From sequence record DRR723986_1723: 33,779 bases of DNA; one strand, given 5' to 3'. The translations under genes were made by a program, and so were the position numbers. Positions 9,470-17,850 of this stretch are shown piece after piece (the stretch's first letter is position 1; each line of letters begins with the position of its first letter). Under the pieces are notes generated by a model, which was not told the DNA's origin, did not search any database, and saw nothing but the letters and a program-made list of their open reading frames with translations.

Positions 9470-11026
9470 TTACTTAACTTCCGGTGGTGTGCTGAAAGTA
9501 TGGTAAGGCGCCGGGCTAGGTACGGTCCACTCCAGAGTGGTTGCACCATCCCAAACTTTGTCGTCGTTGACCGGCTTGCCGTGCGTGATGGTCCGAACAA
9601 TGTTGAACAGGAACAACAGCTGGCTAGAGCCATAGATGAATGCACCGATAGACGACATCATGTTGAAGTCAGCAAACATCAGGTTGTAGTCAGGGATACG
9701 ACGCGGCATACCTGCCAAGCCCACGAAATGCTGCGGGAAGAAGGTCAGGTTGAAACCGATGAATGATACCCAGAAGTGCACTTTACCCATGGTCTCGTTG
9801 TACATTTTGCCTGTCCACTTAGGCAGCCAGTAGTACACGGCCGAAGACAGAGCAAAGATCGCACCCGCCACCATGGTGTAGTGGAAGTGAGCAACAACGA
9901 AGTAGCTGTCGTGGTATTGGAAGTCAGCCGGCGCAATCGCCAACATCAGACCCGAGAAACCACCTACGGTGAACAGGAATACCTTGGCGATAGCAAACAG
10001 CATCGGCGTTTCAAGGGTAATAGACCCCTTGAACATCGTGGTAATCCAGTTGAACACCTTCGCCGCCGTTGGTACTGCGATCAGCATAGTGGCGTACATA
10101 AAGAACAGCTCACCAGCGATCGGCAGACCTACTGTGTACATGTGGTGAGCCCACACGATGAACGATAGGAAAGCGATAGAAGCCGTCGCGTAAACCATCG
10201 ACGCATAGCCGAACAGAGGCTTGCGCGAGAAGGTTGGGATAACCTCAGACACCACACCAAAGGCAGGCAGAATGATGATGTATACCTCGGGGTGACCGAA
10301 GAACCAGAACACGTGCTGGAACAGAACAGGGTCACCGCCACCCGCTGCTGAGAAGAAGCTGGTACCGAAGTGAATATCCATCAACATCATGGTAACTGCA
10401 CCAGCCAGTACGGGCATTACCGCAACCAGCAAGAAAGCAGTGATCAACCACGTCCACACGAACATCGGCATTTTCATGTAGGTCATGCCAGGCGCGCGCA
10501 TGTTCACAACCGTAGCGATAATGTTGATCGAGCCCATAATGGACGAGATACCCATCGCGTGTACGGCGAAAATGAAGAAGGTCACGCTCGGTGGCGCATA
10601 GGTCGTCGACAGCGGCGCGTAGAATGTCCAACCGAAGTTAGGACCGCCACCTTCCATGAACAAGGTAGACGCCAACAACAGGAATGTGGGCGGCAGGATC
10701 CAGAAGGACCAGTTGTTCATACGCGGCAGTGCCATATCTGGCGCGCCGATCATCATTGGAATCATCCAGTTCGCCAAACCGACGAAGGCCGGCATAATGG
10801 CGCCGAATACCATGACCAGGCCGTGCATGGTGGTCATCTGGTTGAAGAACTCCGGCTCAACAATTTGCAAACCGGGTTGGAACAGCTCTGCTCGAATAAT
10901 CATGGCGAACGAGCCGCCAAGCAGGAACATAGCGAAACTGAACCACAAGTACATCGAGCCGATGTCTTTGTGGTTGGTGGTGGTTAACCACCGGGTCAAA
11001 CCTTTAGCAGGTCCGTGAGCACCCAT
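9470..11026 (-). CDS. coxA: Cytochrome c oxidase subunit I, A1 type
   Basis: TNHKDIG, MHG, D-channel APDMALPRMNN, FWFFGHPEVY, VWAHHM, HFH and GMPRR motifs. Confidence 0.98.
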   Translation of the reverse strand: MGAHGPAKGLTRWLTTTNHKDIGSMYLWFSFAMFLLGGSFAMIIRAELFQPGLQIVEPEFFNQMTTMHGLVMVFGAIMPAFVGLANWMIPMMIGAPDMALPRMNNWSFWILPPTFLLLASTLFMEGGGPNFGWTFYAPLSTTYAPPSVTFFIFAVHAMGISSIMGSINIIATVVNMRAPGMTYMKMPMFVWTWLITAFLLVAVMPVLAGAVTMMLMDIHFGTSFFSAAGGGDPVLFQHVFWFFGHPEVYIIILPAFGVVSEVIPTFSRKPLFGYASMVYATASIAFLSFIVWAHHMYTVGLPIAGELFFMYATMLIAVPTAAKVFNWITTMFKGSITLETPMLFAIAKVFLFTVGGFSGLMLAIAPADFQYHDSYFVVAHFHYTMVAGAIFALSSAVYYWLPKWTGKMYNETMGKVHFWVSFIGFNLTFFPQHFVGLAGMPRRIPDYNLMFADFNMMSSIGAFIYGSSQLLFLFNIVRTITHGKPVNDDKVWDGATTLEWTVPSPAPYHTFSTPPEVK

Positions 11027-11037
11027 GGTGAATCCTC

Positions 11038-12201
11038 CTACTGACCTTTCTTGAAGTTATACACATCGATCGGCTGTACCTTGTCACCCATATTGTTGCC
11101 AAAGGCATTACGGGTATAGGTAACGACTGCCGCCAAGTCGACGTCGTTCAGCTGACCACCAAAGGCCTGCATCGCAGAACCTGGGACGCCGTTAACCAGC
11201 ACATCGATGTGCGCAGTAACTTCGCCGGTAGCAATAGGGCTATTGGCAATGGGTTTACCCACACCGCCTTCACCGTTGGCACCGTGACAAGCCATACAAG
11301 AGCGGTTGTAAATGCCCTTGCCGCGCTCAACCAGCTCATCCATAGAGAAGGTTTGCGCCATCAGCTTTTTGATCTCAGCGGCCTCGGCTTGCTTAGTCGC
11401 CATCCACGCTTTGTATTCAGGCTCTTCAACAACGTTGACAACGATCGGCATAAAGCCGTGATCGCGACCACACAGCTCGGCACACTGGCCGCGGTATACA
11501 CCGGTTTCAGTCGGCTTGGTCCACGCCTCGTTGATGAAGCCCGGAATCGCATCACGCTTAACGGCCAGTGCAGGTACCCACCACGCATGCAGCACGTCGT
11601 TTGCAGTGACGAGGAAGCGAACTTTGGTATCAACCGGAATCACCAGCGGCTCATCTACTTCGATCAAGTAGTTCGAACCCTTGGCTTCGGTGTTACCGAT
11701 TTCAGCTTTGTCAGTCAGCAGGTTAGAGAAGAAGCTGACATTGTCGCCTTCGGGATTAATGTACTCGTACTTCCACTTCCACTGATAGCCGGTGATCAGA
11801 ACGTCGAGCTCTGCATCATCGGTGTCATAAATTTCAATCAGGGTGCTGGTCGCCGGCACAGCCATAACGATCAACAGCAGGAATGGCACGACGGTCCATG
11901 CGATTTCCAGCTTAGTGTTTTCGTGGAAAGTGGCTGGTTCTTCGTGACGCTCTTTGCGATAGGCAAAAACCGAGTAGAACATCACGCCAAAGACGATAAT
12001 GCCTACTACCACACACACCCAAAACACAAACATGTGCAGGTCGTAGATTTTGGCACCAACTTCCGTTACGCCCGGCGTCATATTTGTTTGCCAACGCTGG
12101 GGGTTACCCTCCGTCGCCCATGCGCCAGTACTAAGCAGGCTAAGCAGCATCAGCACAGGACAAAGCGCCAGCTTATACAGCCGTTTCGCTTGTTGATACA
12201 T
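11038..12201 (-). CDS. coxB: Cytochrome c oxidase subunit II with fused C-terminal cytochrome c
   Basis: Signal peptide, two TM helices, LEIAWT, DVLHAW, CuA motif CAELCGRDHGFM and a C-terminal CMACH heme-c motif with a downstream Met. Confidence 0.97.
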   Translation of the reverse strand: MYQQAKRLYKLALCPVLMLLSLLSTGAWATEGNPQRWQTNMTPGVTEVGAKIYDLHMFVFWVCVVVGIIVFGVMFYSVFAYRKERHEEPATFHENTKLEIAWTVVPFLLLIVMAVPATSTLIEIYDTDDAELDVLITGYQWKWKYEYINPEGDNVSFFSNLLTDKAEIGNTEAKGSNYLIEVDEPLVIPVDTKVRFLVTANDVLHAWWVPALAVKRDAIPGFINEAWTKPTETGVYRGQCAELCGRDHGFMPIVVNVVEEPEYKAWMATKQAEAAEIKKLMAQTFSMDELVERGKGIYNRSCMACHGANGEGGVGKPIANSPIATGEVTAHIDVLVNGVPGSAMQAFGGQLNDVDLAAVVTYTRNAFGNNMGDKVQPIDVYNFKKGQ

Positions 12202-12406
12202 CTCCCGTGTCTCCGTATAAGTTATAAGAATCCCTTCGCCGATCGACGACAGGCAGACACGCTAGACGCTTTCTTATATATGGAACGCAGTTGCGAACTC
12301 ACGGTCAGAACAGCTATACGGACGCAAAAACGCTGCCCTGGCCCACCGCCAAGCAACGTCACTCCCCCCGAAATTGCGCGCTTGCCCACACCGAAATAGC
12401 TTTGGG

Positions 12407-12423
12407 TGCGACAAAACGCCGCA
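12407..12423. promoter_or_regulatory. RegA/PrrA/RoxR-type response regulator box upstream of coxB
   Basis: TGCGAC-AAAAC-GCCGCA reads GCGGC-N5-GTCGC on the minus strand, the RegR/RegA-family consensus. It abuts a minus-strand TATAAT at 12424-12429. Confidence 0.65.
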
Positions 12424-12667
12424 ATTATAAACCTGAAGAAACCAGCAAGGCTACTCCGAAACACCGAAGGGCGCGCTCACCGGGGCGCCAAATTAACGCG
12501 CAGTCCGTGAAAATATACCAGTTAGAGCATTATTACCCAGCGCACACCACTAGATATAGGCAATGAGAAAAGCCGCACCGTTTAAAAAATAGACGGTGAG
12601 ATGCACCGCAGCTGTGCACATCCGCGCCAGCCGATTACACTTGCGGCAACGCCGAGATGCCAGAAAC

Positions 12668-14014
12668 ATGCCCAACACCCCCACAACCACACCCTTGAAT
12701 GCGAAAATTTGGTCGCTAGCCTGGCCAATGATTCTCGCCAATTTATCAGTGCCACTACTCGGCTTGGTCGACACCGCCGTGCTCGGCCACCTTGCTGACA
12801 GCCGTCACCTCAGCGCCGTGGCGATCGGCGCAAGCATTCTGTCACTGTGCTACTGGACCTTCGGCTTCCTGCGCATGGGCACCACCGGCGCCAGCGCCCA
12901 AAGCCTTGAGCATAGCGACAGCCTACTAATCAAAGCCGTACTACTCGGCCTGGCGCTCGGCAGCGTAGTTTGGCTGATATCGCCAACATTGCGGTCGCCC
13001 GGCCTGACCTTAATGAATGCAGAGGGCCATTTACGGCCACTGGCCGACAGCTATTTGCAGATCCGCCTAATCAGCGCGCCGGCCGTGCTTGCCAGTTACG
13101 CAATCACCGGCTGGCTACTCGGGCAACAGCAAGCACGCTGGCCACTGGCAATTGCCCTGTTTACCAACATCCTGAACATCTTTTTGGATTTGTTGCTGAT
13201 TGTCGGCCTGAACATGGCCAGTGAGGGCGCCGCAATCGCCAGCGCTATCAGCGAATACGCTGGTTTCACCCTCGGCCTCTATGCCGTTCGACAGCCCCTT
13301 GGTAGCGCCATACGACGGGGCCTGCTCAATAGCCTGAAAAGAGGCATGCCGATGCGGCGCCTGCTGAGCGCCAATGCACAAATTCTTGTTCGCACCGCCG
13401 CACTATTATTCAGTTTCAGCTTCTTTACCGCCCAGGGAGCCAAACACGGCGAAGTGATTTTGGCGGCCAACACAATTTTAATGCAGCTCGCACTGGCCGC
13501 CGCCTACGGTATGGACGGCTTCGCCCATGCGGCAGAAGCGCTAGCCGGCCGCGCTTACAAACAGGCCGACAGGGGCGCCTTTCTGGAGGTTTGTAAAACC
13601 TGTGGCCGCTGGTCATTGTATTCCGCCTTGGCGGCGAGCCTGATCCTCGCCACCGGCAAACCGTTCATCCTGTCGCTGATGACCAGCATCGCTGATGTTC
13701 AGGCCACCGCCAACCACTACTACCCCTGGCTGATCGCGCTGCCACTGCTAAGCGTGGCCAGTTATTGTTACGACGGCATTTTTATCGGGGCGCTGCGCAC
13801 CGGCGCCATGCAGTACTGCATGCTGTTCAGCGTATTTGTTGTGTACCTGCCACTGTGGTGGGCATGCACGGCCTGGGGCAACCACGGCCTCTGGCTGGCC
13901 TTTGCAGCCTTCAATGCCACACGCGGCCTGACGTTGGCCGCGTGTTTCTTCTGGTTATTCTCAGAAAAACGCTGGAAGTACAGCACACCTAGCGGTAACA
14001 CTTCATTCCAATAA
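12668..14014 (+). CDS. dinF: MATE family efflux transporter, DinF-like
   Basis: LAWPMILANLSVPLLGLVDTAVLGHL, FGFLRMGTTG, DGFAHAAEALAG and DGIFIGA motifs. The probable start is ATG 12668. Confidence 0.9.
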   Translation: MPNTPTTTPLNAKIWSLAWPMILANLSVPLLGLVDTAVLGHLADSRHLSAVAIGASILSLCYWTFGFLRMGTTGASAQSLEHSDSLLIKAVLLGLALGSVVWLISPTLRSPGLTLMNAEGHLRPLADSYLQIRLISAPAVLASYAITGWLLGQQQARWPLAIALFTNILNIFLDLLLIVGLNMASEGAAIASAISEYAGFTLGLYAVRQPLGSAIRRGLLNSLKRGMPMRRLLSANAQILVRTAALLFSFSFFTAQGAKHGEVILAANTILMQLALAAAYGMDGFAHAAEALAGRAYKQADRGAFLEVCKTCGRWSLYSALAASLILATGKPFILSLMTSIADVQATANHYYPWLIALPLLSVASYCYDGIFIGALRTGAMQYCMLFSVFVVYLPLWWACTAWGNHGLWLAFAAFNATRGLTLAACFFWLFSEKRWKYSTPSGNTSFQ

Positions 14015-14171
14015 AGATGCAAGCACATTTGCTGAATTTCATTAACTTTTTGTGATAAATCAACAAAACCTCATCCAAACAGAAAAACCGGGCGTAACCA
14101 CTGTTACAAAATTTGTTTCGTTTGGTAGCATGCGATCCAACAGACATGCCCGTACTCTGAGGTTTTTAAAA

Positions 14172-14486
14172 ATGAAAGTTTTCCCTCTCGTTGCTCTTTT
14201 CACTAGCTTGGCGACTTTTTCAGCGGGAAGCCAAGCGGCCTGCGCCCTGGCCGCGATAATGGGTGCGCCAGCGCTGCCCGCTAGCGATACCAACAATCTG
14301 GAGCGCCTGGCAGACTTGCGCGACAGCGTTGATAGTTATTTGACTAGCGCCAGTGCACGTTTGGAGTCTTGCACAGGCTCTGATCCGTTCGTGTATAACT
14401 ACGCCGTTGATCGCCTTGAAGATTACGCAAGCGCCTTCAATGCGTTAGCCCAACGCCACAACACCCAGATCATCGCATCGAACTAA
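14172..14486 (+). CDS. Small exported hypothetical protein with two Cys (104 aa)
   Basis: GAGG RBS, ATG 14172, signal peptide MKVFPLVALFTSLATFSAGSQA and an amphipathic helical mature region. Confidence 0.7.
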   Translation: MKVFPLVALFTSLATFSAGSQAACALAAIMGAPALPASDTNNLERLADLRDSVDSYLTSASARLESCTGSDPFVYNYAVDRLEDYASAFNALAQRHNTQIIASN

Positions 14487-14493
14487 TTGCGCA

Positions 14494-15402
14494 TCAGCGT
14501 TGGCGATCGCAGGTCAACGCGGCCGCGGCGTTTTTTATCAACGCCTCGGCCCGCCGCGCTGCGGGGCCTGCCAGCTCCCGCTCTGGCAATACAATGAAGA
14601 GTTCGGCGAAACGTTCGCGACCCTCGTTCAGCGGCAGCGGCTTGAGTAACCCGCTGTTGAGCGGTTCTTGAATCACAACTTCAGGCAACCAAGCAAAGCC
14701 CACCCCCCGGCACACGGCTTGCACTGAAAAATCGATTCGACTCACCGTCAAGCGCTGCGCGGCCTCGAGCCACCCGGAGTCCCTGCGACGTCGCGCCCCG
14801 GAGTCGCGCACCACAACCTGACGATGGGCACGCAGGTCCTGGTAACTCAGCGCTCGGTCAAGCTGGTGCAGGGCATGGTCGCGGTGTGCGACAGCAATGA
14901 ACCGGACTCTCAGCAGCGGGTCGCCCAAAAAGCCCGGCGGTACAATGCCCGTGATCGCGAGGTCACACCGCTGTTCAAGCAGCGCTTCCTCGGCGCCACT
15001 GAGCACCGTTTCCACGCACTCCAGGCGCGTTTCGGGGCACTCTATGGCCAGTTGCTCGAGGCAATCCAACATAGCGGCTTGCGGGAACAACGCGTCGCTG
15101 ACAATCCGCAGCTGCGGCTCCCAACCCTGGGCGAGGGTTACGGCAGACGCCTCCACCCGCAACGCCTCATCGAGCAGGGCGCGGCCGCGGCGGTAAAAAA
15201 GCTGTCCGGCGTCGGTCAACTCGGCTTTACGGCCCTTTATCTCAAACAGGGCGACCGCCAGTTGCTCTTCAAGCTTTTGAATTGCATAGGTAACGGCCGA
15301 CTGGCTCTTGTGTAATTTTTCCGCCGCTCTGGAGTAGCTCCCCTCATCCACTACCGCCATAAAACAGTGCCACTGGTCGAGATTCGTTCGAGGTCCGCGC
15401 AT
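14494..15402 (-). CDS. LysR family transcriptional regulator
   Basis: N-terminal HTH GSYSRAAEKLHKSQSAVTYAIQKLE, LTDAG and GVGFAWLP. Divergent from azoR-pirin. Confidence 0.95.
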   Translation of the reverse strand: MRGPRTNLDQWHCFMAVVDEGSYSRAAEKLHKSQSAVTYAIQKLEEQLAVALFEIKGRKAELTDAGQLFYRRGRALLDEALRVEASAVTLAQGWEPQLRIVSDALFPQAAMLDCLEQLAIECPETRLECVETVLSGAEEALLEQRCDLAITGIVPPGFLGDPLLRVRFIAVAHRDHALHQLDRALSYQDLRAHRQVVVRDSGARRRRDSGWLEAAQRLTVSRIDFSVQAVCRGVGFAWLPEVVIQEPLNSGLLKPLPLNEGRERFAELFIVLPERELAGPAARRAEALIKNAAAALTCDRQR

Positions 15403-15407
15403 AATAC

Positions 15408-15422
15408 ATCAACTTATTCGAT
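15408..15422. promoter_or_regulatory. LysR-type recognition site (ATC-N9-GAT; T-N11-A)
   Basis: ATCAACTTATTCGAT, directly upstream of the LysR start in the divergent promoter. Confidence 0.55.
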
Positions 15423-15514
15423 TGTTTAGCCGCTAAAATTGCGCTTTTTAAACAATTAAATCAATAGTTAACTACTCCCATCGCAACTCACCACACGTAG
15501 CAACGGGAGGCACC

Positions 15515-16117
15515 ATGCCTAATATTCTCTACATCAGCAGCAGCCTGTCAGGCGAACAGGGACATTCCAGCCAAATGGCACAAGAGTTCATCGCGGGCCG
15601 GCGCGCCCAAGGCGAGTCAATCAACGTGATCCACCGCGACCTGCACGCACAGGCATTGCCTCACCTGGACGCACAGCGCTTCGCCGCACTGACCACTGCG
15701 CCAGAAAACCGCTCAGCAGAGCAGTCTGCCATCGCGGAACAGTCCGACGCACTCATTGCAGAAGTCCGCAACGCCGACGAAATTGTCATTGCAATGCCCC
15801 TGTACAACTTGGGTGTACCGTCAACATTTAAGGCGTGGATCGACCATATTGCCCGAGCAGGGGAGACCTTCCGCTATACAGAAAATGGCCCACAGGGCTT
15901 GCTCCATGACCGCCCCGTGCACATTTTTGCGGCCCGTGGCGGCCAGTATGTCGGCACCGCGATGGACACCCAGAGCCCCTACCTGCGTCATATTTTTGGC
16001 CTTATGGGCATTGAGTCTATCCACTTCATTTACGCCGAAGGGCTAAACATGGGACCAGAAACCGCCGACCAAGCCAGGCAGCACGCCCGCGAGGCGATGT
16101 TTAAACACGCCTCTTAA
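15515..16117 (+). CDS. azoR: FMN-dependent NADH-azoreductase / quinone reductase (AzoR/AcpD)
   Basis: ISSS, PLYNLGVPSTFKAWIDHIARAGETFRYTENGPQGL, RGGQY and IYAEGL motifs; GGGAGG RBS. Confidence 0.93.
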   Translation: MPNILYISSSLSGEQGHSSQMAQEFIAGRRAQGESINVIHRDLHAQALPHLDAQRFAALTTAPENRSAEQSAIAEQSDALIAEVRNADEIVIAMPLYNLGVPSTFKAWIDHIARAGETFRYTENGPQGLLHDRPVHIFAARGGQYVGTAMDTQSPYLRHIFGLMGIESIHFIYAEGLNMGPETADQARQHAREAMFKHAS

Positions 16118-16138
16118 ATTTAGAGTGAGGAGTCAGGT

Positions 16139-16996
16139 ATGACACAGCGAACCGTTACTCGCCGTATTACCGCTCGCGACACCCGCGATGGCGCGGGGGT
16201 CAGCCTCAAGCGTAGCCTGGGCAGCACCCCCGGAGATCGCATCGACCCCTTTCTAATGCTCGATGAGTTCTACTCCGACCGCGCAGAGGACTACATTGCG
16301 GGGTTTCCCGCCCACCCTCATCGCGGCTTTGAAACCGTGACCTACATGCTCGCCGGAAACATGCAACACCGCGACCATATGGGAAATGAGGGCAACGTCG
16401 GGCCGGGAGATGTGCAGTGGATGACGGCCGGGCGGGGAGTGATCCACTCGGAAATGCCTCAGCAGCGCGAGGGTTTGCTGCGCGGCTTTCAGCTATGGGT
16501 GAACTTACCGGCTGATGAGAAAATGCGACCGGCTGTGTATCAAGATATCAACTCAGCGAGCATTCCGGTGTATCGCGGTGAAGGTTTCTCTCTCCATCAT
16601 ATCGCCGGAGAACTTGCGCTGCCCAGCGGGCACAGCTTGGGCTACGTTAACGGCGTAGATGGGCAGCAATACAGTACCCAACCGGTCTACGCCGACATCC
16701 GCTTTACGTCGGCGCGCGCACTTAAGCTTGGCCTGCCTGCTGGTCACAACGCCGCGGTGTACTGCTATGACGGCAGCCTGGAAATCGGCGGGGAGCGTAT
16801 TTGTGCTGGAACCGCAGCGCTACTCAGCCCAGGCGACAGCGTAATACTTGATGGCGAGCCAGGTAGCGGCGCGCTATTGATAGCCGGTAAACCCATTGGC
16901 GAACCGGTGGTGCAATACGGCCCCTTTGTGATGAACAGCAACACGGAAATTGAGCAAGCGCTGCGCGACTATCGCGACGGCACCCTCACTGACTAG
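16139..16996 (+). CDS. Pirin family bicupin protein
   Basis: DPFLMLD, HPHRGFETVTY, WMTAGRGVIHSE, QLWVNLP and GPFVMN motifs. Confidence 0.95.
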   Translation: MTQRTVTRRITARDTRDGAGVSLKRSLGSTPGDRIDPFLMLDEFYSDRAEDYIAGFPAHPHRGFETVTYMLAGNMQHRDHMGNEGNVGPGDVQWMTAGRGVIHSEMPQQREGLLRGFQLWVNLPADEKMRPAVYQDINSASIPVYRGEGFSLHHIAGELALPSGHSLGYVNGVDGQQYSTQPVYADIRFTSARALKLGLPAGHNAAVYCYDGSLEIGGERICAGTAALLSPGDSVILDGEPGSGALLIAGKPIGEPVVQYGPFVMNSNTEIEQALRDYRDGTLTD

Positions 16997-17003
16997 GGCG
17001 GCG

Positions 17004-17030
17004 TTGAATCGTCGCTCTTTGTCCCCATCT
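17004..17030 (+). promoter_or_regulatory. Sigma32 (RpoH)-type promoter
   Basis: TTGAAT-N13-CCCCATCT matches the RpoH consensus TTGAAA-N13/14-CCCCATNT. It ends 57 nt upstream of the CBS gene. Confidence 0.7.
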
Positions 17031-17035
17031 AAACA

Positions 17036-17065
17036 CTGACAGCAGCTTAGCTAGGGGCGTATAGT
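17036..17065 (+). promoter_or_regulatory. Possible sigma70 promoter for the CBS gene
   Basis: CTGACA-N18-TATAGT, a 5/6 match at each hexamer. Confidence 0.4.
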
Positions 17066-17087
17066 ATTCACAAATGGAGGAAGTACA

Positions 17088-17501
17088 ATGAGCAACAGTA
17101 TTCGCGTCCGTGACATCATGACCAGCCCCGCACCCTTTGTGCGCATGCACACACCACTGGGGGAAGTCGTCGACACCCTATTGCGCAGCCGGGTTATGGG
17201 CCTGCCCGTATTAGACGATAACGACCGCGTTGTCGGCTTCGTCTCTGAACAGGATTGCATCCATTCTATGCTGGTCAGCAGCTACCACTGTGAAGGCGTG
17301 CCGAACGTTGACGATGTCATGCACAACGAGGTGCTTGCCGTCGAAGCCGAACAGAATATTGTCGACCTCGCGCAAAATATGGGTAAGAACAAACCCAAAC
17401 TCTACCCAGTGATTGAAGACGGCAAACTTCTCGGCTTGATTACCCGCAGTGCCATCTTGAGTGCGCTTTGGGAAAACCGCGCACACTGCGACTCTCAATG
17501 A
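17088..17501 (+). CDS. CBS domain-containing protein (stand-alone Bateman pair)
   Basis: VRDIMT, GLPVLD..VVGFVSEQD and YPVIEDGKLLGLITR motifs; GGAGG RBS. Confidence 0.92.
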   Translation: MSNSIRVRDIMTSPAPFVRMHTPLGEVVDTLLRSRVMGLPVLDDNDRVVGFVSEQDCIHSMLVSSYHCEGVPNVDDVMHNEVLAVEAEQNIVDLAQNMGKNKPKLYPVIEDGKLLGLITRSAILSALWENRAHCDSQ

Positions 17502-17668
17502 CCGCCGCTCAAGCGCTCACCACCGCCGCCCTGTGCGCCATGCTCGGCGCCTGTGGCAGCGGTCAGTACGATCAACAACGAGAGTGGGCCCTGCAAGAGT
17601 GCGACAAAATACTCGACCCCGATGATCGCCACCACTGCCGGCAAGACACCCCTCACTACCTGCGCTAA
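17498..17668 (+). CDS. Small putative lipoprotein (56 aa)
   Basis: ATGA overlap with the CBS stop, a hydrophobic leader ending in lipobox LGA-C, and two further Cys in the mature part. Confidence 0.65.
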   Translation: MTAAQALTTAALCAMLGACGSGQYDQQREWALQECDKILDPDDRHHCRQDTPHYLR

Positions 17669-17850
17669 CGACTTCGCAACCGGACATCGGAGATCATGGT
17701 AAGTCGCATCGCCCCAGCTACACTAGTGCCTATTCATTACCGTTTGATAGTTACAGCCCTCGGCAGCAGCTCTGCACCGAGTCAAACACAAGCTATATAA
17801 CAACACTGCCGTTCCGCGGTGGACACATGCATCTTGATAAGGAGTGCTAC

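Noticed and set aside
10370..10987. 205-aa His/Arg/Gln-rich antisense ORF within coxA
   Set aside because: It is a shadow ORF: the His richness comes from the reverse complement of Met and Val codons of a hydrophobic membrane protein.
12212..12235. Two ANGGA motifs (CsrA/RsmA-like) upstream of coxB on the minus strand
   Set aside because: The motifs are too short, one coincides with the RBS, and no hairpin presenting them is evident.
11209..12399. 396-aa + strand ORF antisense to coxB
   Set aside because: It is in exact codon register with coxB (offset 171 nt), has no recognisable motifs, and fits the typical mirror-frame artefact of a strongly codon-biased gene.
12600..12667. Possible LexA box upstream of the dinF-like MATE gene
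   Set aside because: The CTG and CAG are separated by 13 nt rather than 10, so there is no valid SOS box.
17742..17787. Possible RNA stem-loop upstream of the saccharopine dehydrogenase-like gene
   Set aside because: The stems are short with a large bulge and cannot be distinguished from chance pairing.
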